From: Felis catus
Lineage: Eukaryota
Direction of reading: 5' to 3'
NCBI RefSeq assembly: GCF_018350175.1
Contig: NC_058368.1
Span: forward strand, 151,034,001 to 151,098,000
DNA: 64,000 nt
Both the position numbers and the translations under genes were made by a program. Shown piece by piece: positions 1 to 12,120 of this stretch; positions within the stretch are counted from its first letter, which is position 1; each line of letters begins with the position of its first letter. The notes beneath the pieces were generated by a model. The model was not told where the DNA came from. It searched no databases and saw nothing but the letters and a program-made list of their open reading frames with translations.

Positions 1-511
1 GTAGGGTGGAGTAACCGAAGATGGGCTGGGATGGGACGCGAGGGATAAATTGCTCCCCACCCAGCTGCAGTGCGACGCCCCCAGCGTCCCGGGGGAGCCG
101 GTGCGTCAGATCGCGGCTGGCCGAGGCGGGGCAGTACAAAAGCGCCGCGGGACCCCCTTCGTAGGCTTCTACCCAAGCCGACTGAGCGCCGGAGGCCGCT
201 CCACGCTTAAGCTCGGACCGCGGAGGGCTCTCCTTCGCCCGGACAGGGGTGGCTGTCTAGGGGCTCCAAGCTCCACGGAACTTTGATTTCATTCTCGGGC
301 GCCTAGCCATCTTCGCCTGCGTCTCAGACAAGAAATGGAAGCCCGCGCAGTCCCCGCGCGTCCTCACCCTGATCTCCGGCGCCCACCTTAGCCATAGCCC
401 CTGGTGCGGGCGACGCTCACACGGGCGGCTTCCCCACCGCCCAGGCTCAGCCTCAGTCCTGCGTCTCTGTTCACAACTGGGGCATCCCCCTCAGCTTATT
501 TTTACGGAGGG

Positions 512-559
<48 letters not shown>

Positions 560-720
560 AGCGCGCTCACACTCCAGGCTAGAAAGAAGGTGAAATCCTG
601 GCACGAAAAAGTAGCTTCGGTCTCCTGCAGCTTGGAGACCACGACCAAGTCCGATCATATCCAGTATTTGAGATTCAGCAGCAAGGACCAAGGCGGGAGC
701 TCACCGGATCATTTCAACCG
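1..720. promoter_or_regulatory. CpG island (putative LINC00461/MIR9-2 host-gene promoter region)
   Basis: Dense CpG and high GC by eye. Identity inferred only from position ~34 kb beyond the MEF2C 3' end, where the miR-9-2 host lncRNA promoter CGIs lie in human. Confidence 0.6.
514..557. repeat. (TG)n microsatellite
   Basis: About 22 uninterrupted GT units. Confidence 0.97.
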
Positions 721-1092
721 AGTTTCTATGTAGCAAGGATTGGTTGTTGTTGTTATTATTAAACACGAAAATAGGCTTTAAAAATAAAAAAAAAAGTTGC
801 ATAGAAGGAAGGGGGACATTTTAGCAATTATCAGGATCCAAAAGTTGTTGAAATGGTTTTCTTGGATAAGAGCATCTATAATGGATAAAGGTGGAAGGCT
901 CAGACTGGTACAAAACCGTTTTATTAGGTGACGGGATTAAAAAATAGGAGCATGCTTTTTCGGCACAGACGACCCATTAGTTCTGTTAAATGCATTAAGC
1001 CAGCCCAATGGAATGATTACATGGCAGCCTTTAATGTACAAATATGGGGATAGTACAGAGGTGCGCACAAGCGTTCCTAGAATTCTCTGGGT

Positions 1093-1113
1093 ACACACAC
1101 ACACACACACACA
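1093..1113. repeat. (AC)n microsatellite
   Basis: Direct reading. Confidence 0.9.
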
Positions 1114-1729
1114 CTTAAAGAGAAAAGTTTAAACACCAGCAGCCCAAACTCACGAAAAAGTATATTTTCTCAAACTATTCCTCAGATAAGGTAATTATCC
1201 TCTGCCTTTCCTTGCTGACCTGTAGCTGCGACGTTACAGTTATAGAATAGCTACCGGGATCGACATAATTCTGCTTACATTTATCGTGGGTGGCACGTCA
1301 TAAAATGCCAGAGGGGGAGGGGAAACCTTGAGGGGCGGGGAGAAGAGGGCTTTTATTAACAATTATATTCTGCCATAGCAGTTTAATTTAAATAACAGCA
1401 ATGATGTCACGGTAACCATCCTCCTTCTCCCACTGCAGTGGATGGTTTGGTGAGCGACGCATTTGTATATTTAGTTAAGGGATTAGCATTGCCATAGACT
1501 TGTAGACCTATTCTGTGGCATAAAAAAGTCCCTGAATGTTAAACTGCTCAACATTTGGCATGTTTTAGAACCCATTTACCTGCCGGATATCATTCAAGAA
1601 TAAGAATGGTAAAATATCGCTAGTGTGTGCCCACCCCAGTTTTGAAGGAAAATGGAACAAACGAAGTTGTTCTTTAAAAATTGTTCGTTGTAGGCAAATG
1701 AAATTACTTCCCCTCAGCAAAAGGAGCCG

Positions 1730-1960
1730 GTGTGCAGTCTGTTAATTACGGACCGTATTTTACCAATCCAAAGTGGAGTTGGAAAAATTCTTTTGGAGAG
1801 CCGTGATAGGAGAGAAAGTAGGAAGCACGCAGACCCCAGCCCAGCCTGCCCCACTGGGTCGCTACGCTACGAGCGCACACCGCGCTCATCAGCACCCCGG
1901 TCCTCGCGCACCCGCGCGGTTTGGAGCTTGTTTTCTGAGGGTGAGAGTGCAGTCTCCGTG
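1730..1960. promoter_or_regulatory. Small CpG-rich patch
   Basis: Many CpGs (cgctacgctacgagcgcacaccgcgc...cgcgcacccgcgcgg) within AT-rich flanks. Confidence 0.55.
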
Positions 1961-3779
1961 GATCAGTAGCACATTTACAAGTGGGTAATTGTATAAGGGC
2001 AACGTTCAGGCTAGAGTACAATGGTATGATGGAGAAAGAAGTCATTTTTTCATTATTTAACAATTGCTTAATAATTAAACTGCTCTGCTTATTGAATACA
2101 CTTTTACAGAACGTGCTTCTTTCTTTGAAATTATTAGCTGCTGTTTGCTTCTAATCCTGAGGCCTCAGGATTAGGGTCCCCAGAGGAAGGGGAGGGGGCT
2201 CAACAAGGTACAGCTCTGAAATACAGAACAATTAAGGTAAAAGAAACTAATGGATTATCTGATAGGTAGAAGATGACAAAAGAAATTTCGGTTATATTTA
2301 AAAAGGCTTAACATTGTGCAAAACTTTTCTTTGTATTTTAAACAGCCAACTTTATGAATTGCATTCCTCTTTTCCCCTACTTAATCGTCTATGATGACCT
2401 CAGAGATTTCATCTTCTTTACTAGCAAAATGCCCCGAAATGTCTGAATTCGACACCCAATAGCCACTGATGCCCCAACGATGTACAGCTTGCCCCTTTGG
2501 AAGGTTTGGGACCCTTTAGGAGGACTCGAGGAAAACCCCAAACGGAAACTGGTTCACTCGTGACTGCACTCATGAGTGTGCTCTATGTGTATCAGTCTTT
2601 TAAGCACCATGTGATTAGACCGGAAAGGTAACTTGAAAACACAACCTGCTTCTGGGCAAAATCATTTTGTCCTTTTGGCATGAAAGTATAGCTCTATCTC
2701 CAAGTTCCTCCCAGGAACAGACGGCTGCATGTCAGGGCTGGTCCCTTCCCAGATCACTACAGGATCTTCAGCTGGAAGATGAGATCCAGCAAACAGAATT
2801 CGTGAAGAAACTCCTGTGCATTTCAAAACAGGGTGGGGGGTGGGTGTGGGGGTGGGGTGCTGCTTCCTGATTCTTTTTGCTAAGAGCTCCTGTGATAACA
2901 TCCATGGCTTCCACAGCACCAAGGAAGCAATAATTCACGACTAAACATTTTTGACCAGTGCATATCAATGGAGCTAGTTTAAACTTTGTTTTAATTTTTT
3001 CCTGCAGATATTACTCTTCTCCCTGCTTATCTTCACAAGATTAAAAAAATTATTTATTGGTAATCATTGGTGCTACAATTAACATAGGGGTACAGGACAC
3101 TTCAGGGTCATGAAAATATCAGTGTTAAACGTTTGCCAGCTTTACCTCTGTATATGAGAGCTACTTTAGAGGGAGAGAGCTTTTTATTTGTGTAGTTTGC
3201 AACTCAAGTCTTTGTAAGTGTGAGTTTTCAATTGAACTCACCAGTCCAAATTAAGGAGTTGGGATACATGTCCAAATCTGTAAATAACCACTTGGACACC
3301 CAGCCCCTGGCCATTGTCTTACAGTTACTGTCATAACTCTCCCAGCCTTTGTTTTTTAGCCTTCACTTCACCTTTAATGATATGACATTGGTGACTGAAC
3401 ACGGAGACTTAAATTTAGCCTCTCAGTTGGTCATTTAAACATTATTTCCTATGTTATCATTCCAAATTAAACCCATTACCCGAAATTGAGCATTTGGCTC
3501 TTTAAAGCACAAACCCTTCCTTGGGTCTTTAATAGTTCGAACCAGCCCTTGACATTGAAATCCATGAAGACAACTATTTGGTGCCCACAAGTAAACTGAA
3601 GGTTTGGAGAGGGAGATGCTCCCCATTCCTAAATTTTCTTTCGTGTCTGTCCTATAAAATGGGGGCTGGCGGTTTATGAAATATACTTCTACAGCACACC
3701 AAAATTGGTAAAATATTTTTAAAATTCTAATTGGGCAAGAGTCTCGTAGTCTTGGCGTCTTATAAAGAGTCTCGAACTG

Positions 3780-4810
3780 GCTCTCTCTGGTTGACTTTTA
3801 GAGACCTGTGCCTGCCCGAGGTTGCTTTCAGGCGAAACTACCGAGATGAAGGCTGGGCTCCTTGTCACCTGCGAAGGTAGTTTACCTCGAATCTCCTGAT
3901 TTTGCGTCCTATCTTACACTCAACCAGGCTCGCAGGGAGTTATGTAGGCTAATAAAAGGCAAAGAGTCATACGCTTTGGCCAGAAAACAGAGCGAGCCGG
4001 GGGTGGGGGGTGCCTCCTTCACGCCCCTCCCGCCTGGACTTCAGGCCACCCTTCGCTGAGGCTGCGGCCGCCGGACAACCTCAGGTGAGCGGCTCCGGGA
4101 GGGGAGCTTGGAGGCTGGTCACAGGGCTCCCAGGCCTGTCTCTGGCCCTTCTCCGGGAGTGCTTTGACCTGAGCCGCCATTCCGCTTGGTCTTTTCCTGC
4201 AAAAAAACACCTGCTGCCGAGGATCAAGTACACCTGACACCAGATGTAGTCAAAAGAAAAAGGAAAAGAAAAGAGAAAACCCTACCCTCCTTAATTCCGT
4301 TTGGTAAGAGCCCGGGCTGCCAAATCCATTACATAATGTCAGCTCAAGCTGACACCTGTGTGGGTGCTGAGCTGGATCGGGTTCTGGCGGCGGATCGGGC
4401 CTGGAACGTTGGCTTGGCAGCGCCCGGGCCAAAGGCCAAGGAGAAGAGGAACGAATTTCGGGCTGGGGGGCGGCGCCTCGGCCTGGGGAGGGAGGTGGGA
4501 ACTGTATCCTGGAGGAGAGGTGTTAAGGGTGGCTTCTCAGTACCTCACAGACACACACACACACACACCACACACACACACACACACACAAAATCGAAGC
4601 CGCAGTTTCTAGGTTCCAGAGTTCTCTCCAGGGACATCTGTTGTCCCTCGCTGCTCCAGGCTAGAGTGAGCTACCTGAGGCGCCCCCTCAGACCTTTGTA
4701 AGGGCGGGATACTCACCTGCTGCGGGGCCTCCGAGAGCCCTCTCTACTGGCCTGCACCCGCCCCCTGGGTGCTATTGATGCTGACCTTGGAGGTAGCTAC
4801 GGCGTGGCCT
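3780..4810. promoter_or_regulatory. CpG island
   Basis: GC/CpG-rich, GC boxes, contains an imperfect (CA)n at ~4550-4590. Confidence 0.7.
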
Positions 4811-5499
4811 AATGGGAGGTCCCTTCCCACTGAAAGCGGACTACTGGCTTTATTAATCGGCCATCATTAAACCAACCCAAGAGAAGCCCTATCCACAATG
4901 AGGGCACGGCAGGTATCTTTTGCCTGTAACTGAGCAGTTTGGATAAACCGTGGCTAATGCACTGAATCTCGCTCTCCCAAAGACCTGAATGTCCAGATTT
5001 TTGGGGTCTGCACCAATGACTCCGTGCAAAAGGTCGGTCCCCAAACTGCTAGGATATCCACAGTCCTCCTTCCCAAGCCTCCTGTTTCCCCGCTAAAGCG
5101 AAAGACCTCCGACCGCGTAAACTCCTATCAAAACCAGTATTAATGTCCCCCAAATTTTTCTCCAAAAGAATTATGAGCTCCTCAGGTGACCCTTCCGCCC
5201 ACCAGAACACCGTAGCAAAGGCACTTGTCGTGGCGGTTTACAAATATCATAAACTTGGACAGCGCTACTGGAATAAACCTGAGCTTCGTTTCATGCCGTT
5301 CTTAGGGATTTAGCTGAGGCCCTGAAGACATGACTCAGTCTCCTCAGTCCATAGTGGGAAATATTCTGGGGGCTTTAGTTGGGAAAGAAAGAAAGAAAGA
5401 AAAAAAAAAAAAGCTAGGTCTCAAGCTCTGTGTGTATCTTTAAAACAAAACAAAACAACAACAACCAAAAAAACCCCACGAACACTCAGCAAGAGACAG

Positions 5500-6500
5500 G
5501 GACCTTCCCTGGACATTTGCAGGCACCCGGTTCCTCGCAGGTTAAAATCACCAGGGTCGCTTTCCTAGTGTCCCTCTCAACCACCCCACCCCACCCCTTC
5601 CCCCAGACCGCGTCAATACGCATGAGAAACGGCGTCGTTTCCTTTTCTTTGCTCTACCAATTTCAAAGACATCTGGGCATTTTTATGTACTCCGCGCCCT
5701 AAATAAACATTCTTTTATATTCGTGTGCGCCTAGGACTGTGTGGACCTGGACCCCTTTCCCCCCGTGGCTACCGAGTTGGAAAAATCCGCCCGGAGGACC
5801 TGTATGCTAAAGGGGCCAGAACGCACGCTGCCCAGCCTCCGAAAGCTGGAGCGCAGAGCCTGCCCCGCCGAACCTGCGCTAGCAGAGAATGTTATCTTTA
5901 CAGCAATTTAGCAAGCCCCACAGAACAAAAGTTAAAGCGTGATGGCACTATACCTTGCCCCGGGTTACTCAGGCGCCTGTCTCCCATTTTGGACATGCTG
6001 GAAGTGTTGGGTTTGGGGAGGTTTGCTTTGGCTGGGTTTGGGTTGCCTATATAAGCCCTGACGGAGTACTGTACCGAAGAACGCGCCTTGATGGACTCGG
6101 GTGTTAATTAACGCGCGGCTAATTTGAGCTTAAGGAGCGGGGGGCGGCCGGCGGCGCTGTGAGCTGCGAGGGGCCAGTGACCTCTAGTGGACACGAGGGG
6201 ATATGCAGCTCCAGCGAGTCTGCAGTCGGGGCTCCTTAGCGGAGAAAACTTCTGCGTGCGCGGACGCCTGGCGTTTCCTCTGAACCCAGCGACAGGGAGG
6301 TACACGGGTCTCCAGTTTAAGGAGAAGAGAACCCACAGCAAGGGATGCCGATCCAGGGCTTTCCCCCTTCCGGTGCATCTGAACTCTAAACCTAACGTGT
6401 TTTTATTTCTAAACACAAGTCATTGTTCACAGTTCCTTTCAGCAAGGGAGGGAGATCCTGCGGAAGGGGTTTGAGAAGTGAGCTTCAAGAACTTTGGTTT
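5500..6500. promoter_or_regulatory. CpG island
   Basis: CpG-rich (ggcggccggcggcgc); CTCF-like motif at 6177-6191. Confidence 0.65.
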
Positions 6501-7049
6501 CCGAACCTACAGGAAAGCAGAGCTTTCGAAGCTCAGGGGGCCTTTATCCAGTCGGGGAGAGGAATCAGAATGTGTTTCTGTAACCAAAGTTCCTCAGCAC
6601 TCCCGTGACCTGTTTTTGCTATTAAAATTTTTTTTTAAAAAAGATGCTTATTTGGCTAACAAGAGGAAAGCAAAAGAGCAAATGATGTGTTGAACAGTCC
6701 AGATGCCTCTGAGTTCACACTCCTCAGGCAAATTAGAAGACAAACGCCACCAAAATACTAGTAACGGTAACACAAAAAAGCCTTTTCACATCTTAGAAGT
6801 AAAGAGAAAGGCGAGGAGAATGAAATGACCTGGTTTTGTCTCACCTCCATTTATTTAATCAGTTAGCTAAACTAGTGTAGAAGTTTCGGAGAAGATCGTT
6901 CCAGGACTGTACGAGTCAAAGGCAAAGCATGGACCGTAGTAATTTAGACCGAACGCTCATTTGGGGGGAATAAATATATTTCTGCATTTTAACTTTCCCC
7001 ATGTGCACACCTCAGTAGAATGCAGGAGCTGGTGAGGCCTTGGTAAAAT

Positions 7050-8080
7050 CCCACGACCCGCCACTTCGGAGCTCAGGGTTCCGCCCCCTGGCAGTGAGTG
7101 AGGGAACCTTGCGGACCCAGAGGACTGGCCTGGACCCTGCCTCCCAGGTCCTGCCCTCAGGGCATTTAAGGATTTCGTAGTCTTCCTCCCTCACAGGCAC
7201 TATTCCCCCGAGGGCCGGCCGAAGCTCGAATGGTGAGCTGCTCGCCACAGGAACGTGGCGGGGACCCCGTCCCCGGGGTTGCTTCCAGCCGGTCGCGGGC
7301 CCTCCTCCCTTTGTGCCAGGCTGGTCTGCAGGTGCTCGAATCTGTCGTTAAGGGTTGGGGGGGGGGGTGCTGATATGGGGAAGCCGAGGCATTTTTCTCT
7401 CCTCACACCGTGAGCGCAACCGGCTCGGGGCTGGTTTCACACCGCCCGGGACTGGGGATCTGCGCCCGGAGAACAGTAGTCGGGTTGCGCCCGCACGTAC
7501 CGTTAGAAGCGAAGCGCGACTGGGGCCTTATAGCTGGGGACAACAACCTCTGGGAGGGACAGAGGGGTCGGGGGAGCAGTCTCCTCTGGTGGCAGAATAA
7601 AGTTGGGACCTCAGGGGAAGGAAGAGCAGGACTGGGAGTTGGGCGGGGGAGGAGGGCAGTGTTATTTCGCCGAATTTCCCCCTCTCCCCTTTGCGCGTTC
7701 GGAAATGTCCTGGAAGTAAGGCGCAGAGGCCGGAAGGCTGAGGAAGGAGCAAGGCCTCGCCTCCCCCCCACCCCCACCCCACCTTCCACCCGGCCCTGGG
7801 TGGTGGCCGAGTTTCCGAGTGGACCCTGGGCATGGGGGGTTCAGCACCGCCGAGAGAGGGAGCTCCCATCCCCTCCTTTTCCGGCCAGAGATGTTGAGGG
7901 TCCCCTGTGAACTGGCCCCTGTGAATGGGGCCGTCCAGAGCCGGAAGGAAGCCACAGGGTGTGCGGTGGCTACCCTCAGGGCAAGACTGTCAGAATGCAG
8001 TGCGGGCGTGGGGTGGGCTGGCGTGGGGTGGACGGTACCCCATCAGGGTGTGGAATACGCGATGAGAATGAACCCATGGA
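7050..8080. promoter_or_regulatory. CpG island
   Basis: High GC and CpG density, GC boxes, ETS-like ccggaag motifs. Confidence 0.7.
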
Positions 8081-8699
8081 GCGTTTAAAGTCCCAAATAT
8101 AAAATATCAGTTGCAACAAAAATGCAATAATAAAATAATAGATTTTAATAGGTAAAAGCGAGTTGTAATAGTTTTTCAAGTGCTCTCATCAGTAAACTGA
8201 CCAGGAAACAACAATTTTCAATTTTAAAACGCCCAGACGTGACCCGCATAGCAGCAGGGCATCTGGTGGTAGACATTTTCCTCGACCTCCCCTCACCTCA
8301 CCGCAAGGCTTCCCTCTAACCAAGGGATAGAAAACCCCATCAACTTAGGAGTAAAAAACAGAACAGAACAAAACAAAAAAACTTGTAGCGCTTCAAGCAT
8401 GGATAGACTCGCGTTCCTGCCCTCCTTGCTTAAGCTGCGTGCCCCCAGGAAATGGCACAAATCATTCTTGGCACCACTTGGGGCGACTGCACACCTGGGG
8501 CCCGAGGTGGGGGTCTATGCCTAGGTTAGAGTAGTTTCCAAACTGGAGTCTTGCCTGTTTGGGGCCCATGGGAACTTGACTTACCTTTGGCCACGTAGCA
8601 CCTTTCTTTGCCCTGTTATCAAAGACACAATGAGCGCTCTCCTCCCTGTAAACTGGGACTTACCAAGGGCATACCTGAGCCCATCAGGCCCCCAGGGAC

Positions 8700-10260
8700 C
8701 CGGTCTCAGGTCTTGTTGGCGGCGCTCACAGCAGCTTTCCTCAGCCAACTGCCAAGTGGGCAGCGATGAGACTAGCCCCACACTGATCCAGGAGAGTCAA
8801 AACAGCGAGCTTCCGGCGCTTGGCAGGCCCTGGAGCCCCAGGCCACTGTCCCAACTCTGGCACGTCTCCACCAGGGTAGCGGCGACAGACCTTGTTTCCC
8901 AAGTTAGAATAACCAGCAACCTGGTACTGCTATGAAAGAGGTCGCCCTCTTCTCATATGGTGCACGTTCAGGACCTTTCTTCCCCAGTAAGATTTAGAAA
9001 AGACTGGACTGGAAGAGTTGGCCCTTAGAACTTCTGAGAACTTGGCCAGCGAGTGGCCACCGTCTTCCTCCTCACCTCGCCCCCACACCCGACCCCGGCC
9101 CCTAGTGGGGGTGTAAAGACTCAAAGGCCGGGCAATCCCTTCCCACCCAATTCTCGGGCGTCCTCCGGCTGCCTCGCTGCGAGTCGGAGCGACGACCTTT
9201 CCCAAACAGCGCATTTGGAAAATTTGCAGAAATAAAAATAAATCTGGCGTTCGAGATGATTGGTGACGTGCGGGCCTGGAGTCGGTGTCGCAAGTTCAGG
9301 GCGTCCAAGGCCTAGTGAGTTCTGGGACCAGAGCGGGTGGGCGACCGGTGGCCCCCAGCCCGCAGCCGCGCGGGAGCTCTGCTCAAGGACCGTGCTGGGT
9401 CTTTCTCCCGCATCCCGGCTGTTACCTTCTTTTTTGGCTATAGGCTTTATGTGTGAAACAATTTAGAAAATAAATCTGAGCTATTGAAGCCATTCTACAT
9501 ATTTTTTAAGAACCTGAAGAGCGTCGCGCTCTTTTTTCTGCTGTATTTTTCCTATTTTTCCTTTTTCTCAAATTGCAAAATGTTAGCGCCTGGGCGAAGA
9601 GTAGGGAAGAGGGAGGGAGATCCGCCGGGAGAATGAGGTGTGGGACCCAAGGTGTGCAAGTGAATTTTTCACTACCTATTCTACCCTCAATGTCTCATTC
9701 CACCTTAAATGACGACCACCACGATGATGATAATAGAAGTCCATTTTGCTGGTCCTCCGCGCAGTTTAGGGAAATCGTGGGAATCCAACAGCTTGAACTT
9801 GGATTCCCGTCCTGAAACTTTTGAAGGAGGGAGGAAAGCAGTGCCTCTCGCTTTGCCTTCGGGAATGGCACCTTTGGAACCCCTGTGAGCCGCCTCAGAA
9901 AGTTCCAGAGAGCATTTCACCCCCGTCCTGGCGCAGCCACCCTTCCCTGACCCTCCGACTTCGTCCCGTTCCATTTCCTCTACGTGCGTTTTCCCAAGCC
10001 CGTCCCTGGAGCTGTTCAAGCAGGCGAACACCCGGAATGGAACGGTTCAAAGGCGGTTCAAAGACGCGCCCGGGGAGGGTGAGCCTTGGGCTGAGCCTCG
10101 GGGCATCTGAGGACCGTGGAGCCTGGGCGGGGAGCCGAGGACTCTCGCAGACCCCCTCGAGCGTTGAGAGAAGGGTGGGGTGGGTGTCCAGCAGAGGCGA
10201 CGTCCGAAGGATCCTCCACCGCTGCCGTGAACGTGGCCGAGGGGTAATCTCCTCCTGGCC
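8700..10260. promoter_or_regulatory. CpG-rich patches (about 8700-9420 and 9880-10260); right edge of the CGI domain
   Basis: CpG density drops sharply after ~10.3 kb. Confidence 0.6.
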
Positions 10261-10376
10261 TCAGTTTCCCATCTGCTTTAGAAGAACTTAAAGGAGCCTT
10301 ATTGTTTTTAAAGTGATTCCCCTTACCCTCGCTACGTCTTGGACCCTTGCACCGTCCAAAACATGGGAAATCTCTC

Positions 10377-10380
<4 letters not shown>

Positions 10381-10426
<46 letters not shown>
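10381..10426. repeat. (TC)n microsatellite
   Basis: Direct reading, ~23 units. Confidence 0.97.
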
Positions 10427-10429
<3 letters not shown>

Positions 10430-10589
10430 AGGGTTAATTTAAAAGACTCACAAAACTATACATAAAACAGAATTTACCTGCTCATATATTTCTTTGGATG
10501 GGGGGAAAAACGTGTTTTTTAACTTTATTTTTATTTCTGTTGATTTTTTAAAAAGCATATCTGGAAAGTATGTGGCTGATGAGCTAAGT

Positions 10590-10830
10590 AATGTACTTAC
10601 CACTTATTTAATAATTTTAGAGCATTAGGAATTGAGCTCAATGCTTTATAGATTTTTCTCTCAGGAAGTCTCACAACAACCACATAAGGTAGTTTTGCTT
10701 CCCTCTCTTCGTCCCTTCCTTTCCTTCCAGTTTGAAAACCGCAGTGCAGAGACAGTTACATGACTTTCACACAGATGCAGAGCTCGCAAGTGGCAGAGGC
10801 AGTTTGGACACATCTATGGGACCCTAGACG
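10590..10830 (-). mobile_element. MIR fragment
   Basis: Degenerate MIR core (ctcacaacaaccacataaggtag...gaaaaccg...agtggcagaggcagtttg). Confidence 0.55.
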
Positions 10831-12087
10831 GAAGGTCTTAGGTGAAGTCAGCAAGGTTTTCAGGGGAGCCACATCCCCCCCTCCCCGCTACTCTCTAGTA
10901 CCCTCCAACCTGTGGTCCTTGGTTGCCCATTTAAAAGGAAAACCTGTGGTGAAAAAGCAGGACTAGAAGCTGTGGATGGCGAAGCTGGCTTGCCTTCTAG
11001 GAAAGAAAGCTTGTAACAGCCTTACATTCCCACTCCATTCACTCAGTGTTCTTCACAGGGGCAGAGTCAAACCTTGAGGGGTGTTAATTCTGGCGCTCTG
11101 GATCTCTTCTTGGTCATTCCCACAGACGTCTGCAAGAAACTCAAACATTTTGCCACTTTCCTTGGTGGGTTAGTTTTACAACTTGTGGTGAGAGTTGTAG
11201 AAGATGTGTTGGAATGATATAAAGAAGGAAAACAAATACCAGAATAAAGATTATGAAGGAGCTAGTCCCTCGATGTTTGAGGTGATAATGCCAACACATA
11301 GAGAAAATTAAATGATAGTTTAAAAAATTTCATGGTTTTTAAACAAGTTACTTTTAATTTTATTAGTTCTGATATGGAGAATCTTTGTATTCAAAAAAAT
11401 TTTGGTATTTAATGTATCTGTATTTTTATGTACCTCATTTAAGAAAAATGAGATAAAATTATGAGATTATTCTCTATTCATTATGACATATGATAAAGTA
11501 AATTTTAAAAATTTTAAATAAATGTGTCAAAATATGCACGCAAAGTATTCCTCTTGGGGAGATTATGTGCTTATTTGAATAAAGTCACTTCCTACAATAT
11601 ATTTGGATTTGTTTTTTTTCCTCCTCCTTCTCTTTTTTCTTCTCCTCTCTTTTTCGTCCTTTTTTTCCTCTGCCTTCTTCTCTTCCCCTCTACTTCCTAA
11701 CACCCATTTTGTCCTTGGAATCAACTTCTGAGACACACAAGAAAATGAGCTTCTTTATTTTTCCTTCCAATGGTATTTAAAAAAAAAAAGAAAGAAAAAT
11801 TATCCCCTGATATGCCAGTTTAGGAACCATTTCTGACTGTTGCAGACACTCGGAACAACAAGTGCAATTCCAGAGAAGGTCTTCTGTGGTAGCTGTTTTT
11901 AAAGATGTTGCTTTACAGCTACAGTGGATATACTATTAGGGTAATGATAAATTAAAATAGATACCATAATATTAGAAATTAACACTTTTCAAGCTACCAC
12001 TGTCATGTATTTAGAACTGCAACCATTTTAAAAATTAAAGATAAAGCACATCTCATGAGACACAGTCAGCAGTGGCCACAACTGTAG

Positions 12088-12120
12088 CACACACACACAC
12101 ACACACACGTACACACACAC
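12088..12120. repeat. (CA)n microsatellite
   Basis: Direct reading, one interruption. Confidence 0.9.

Noticed and set aside
404..733. 109-aa ORF with CV repeats
   Set aside because: Translation of a (TG)n microsatellite in a CGI; non-ATG start.
4186..4701. 171-aa ORF
   Set aside because: Non-ATG start, crosses (CA)n and A-rich runs, no recognisable domain; GC-rich stop depletion.
7403..7955. Overlapping 97-166 aa ORFs on both strands
   Set aside because: Typical CpG-island artefacts (R/P/G-rich, several frames open).
1..10300. miR-9-2 hairpin
   Set aside because: Neither TCTTTGGTTATCTAGCTGTATGA nor its reverse complement was found; by synteny it should lie left of the window.
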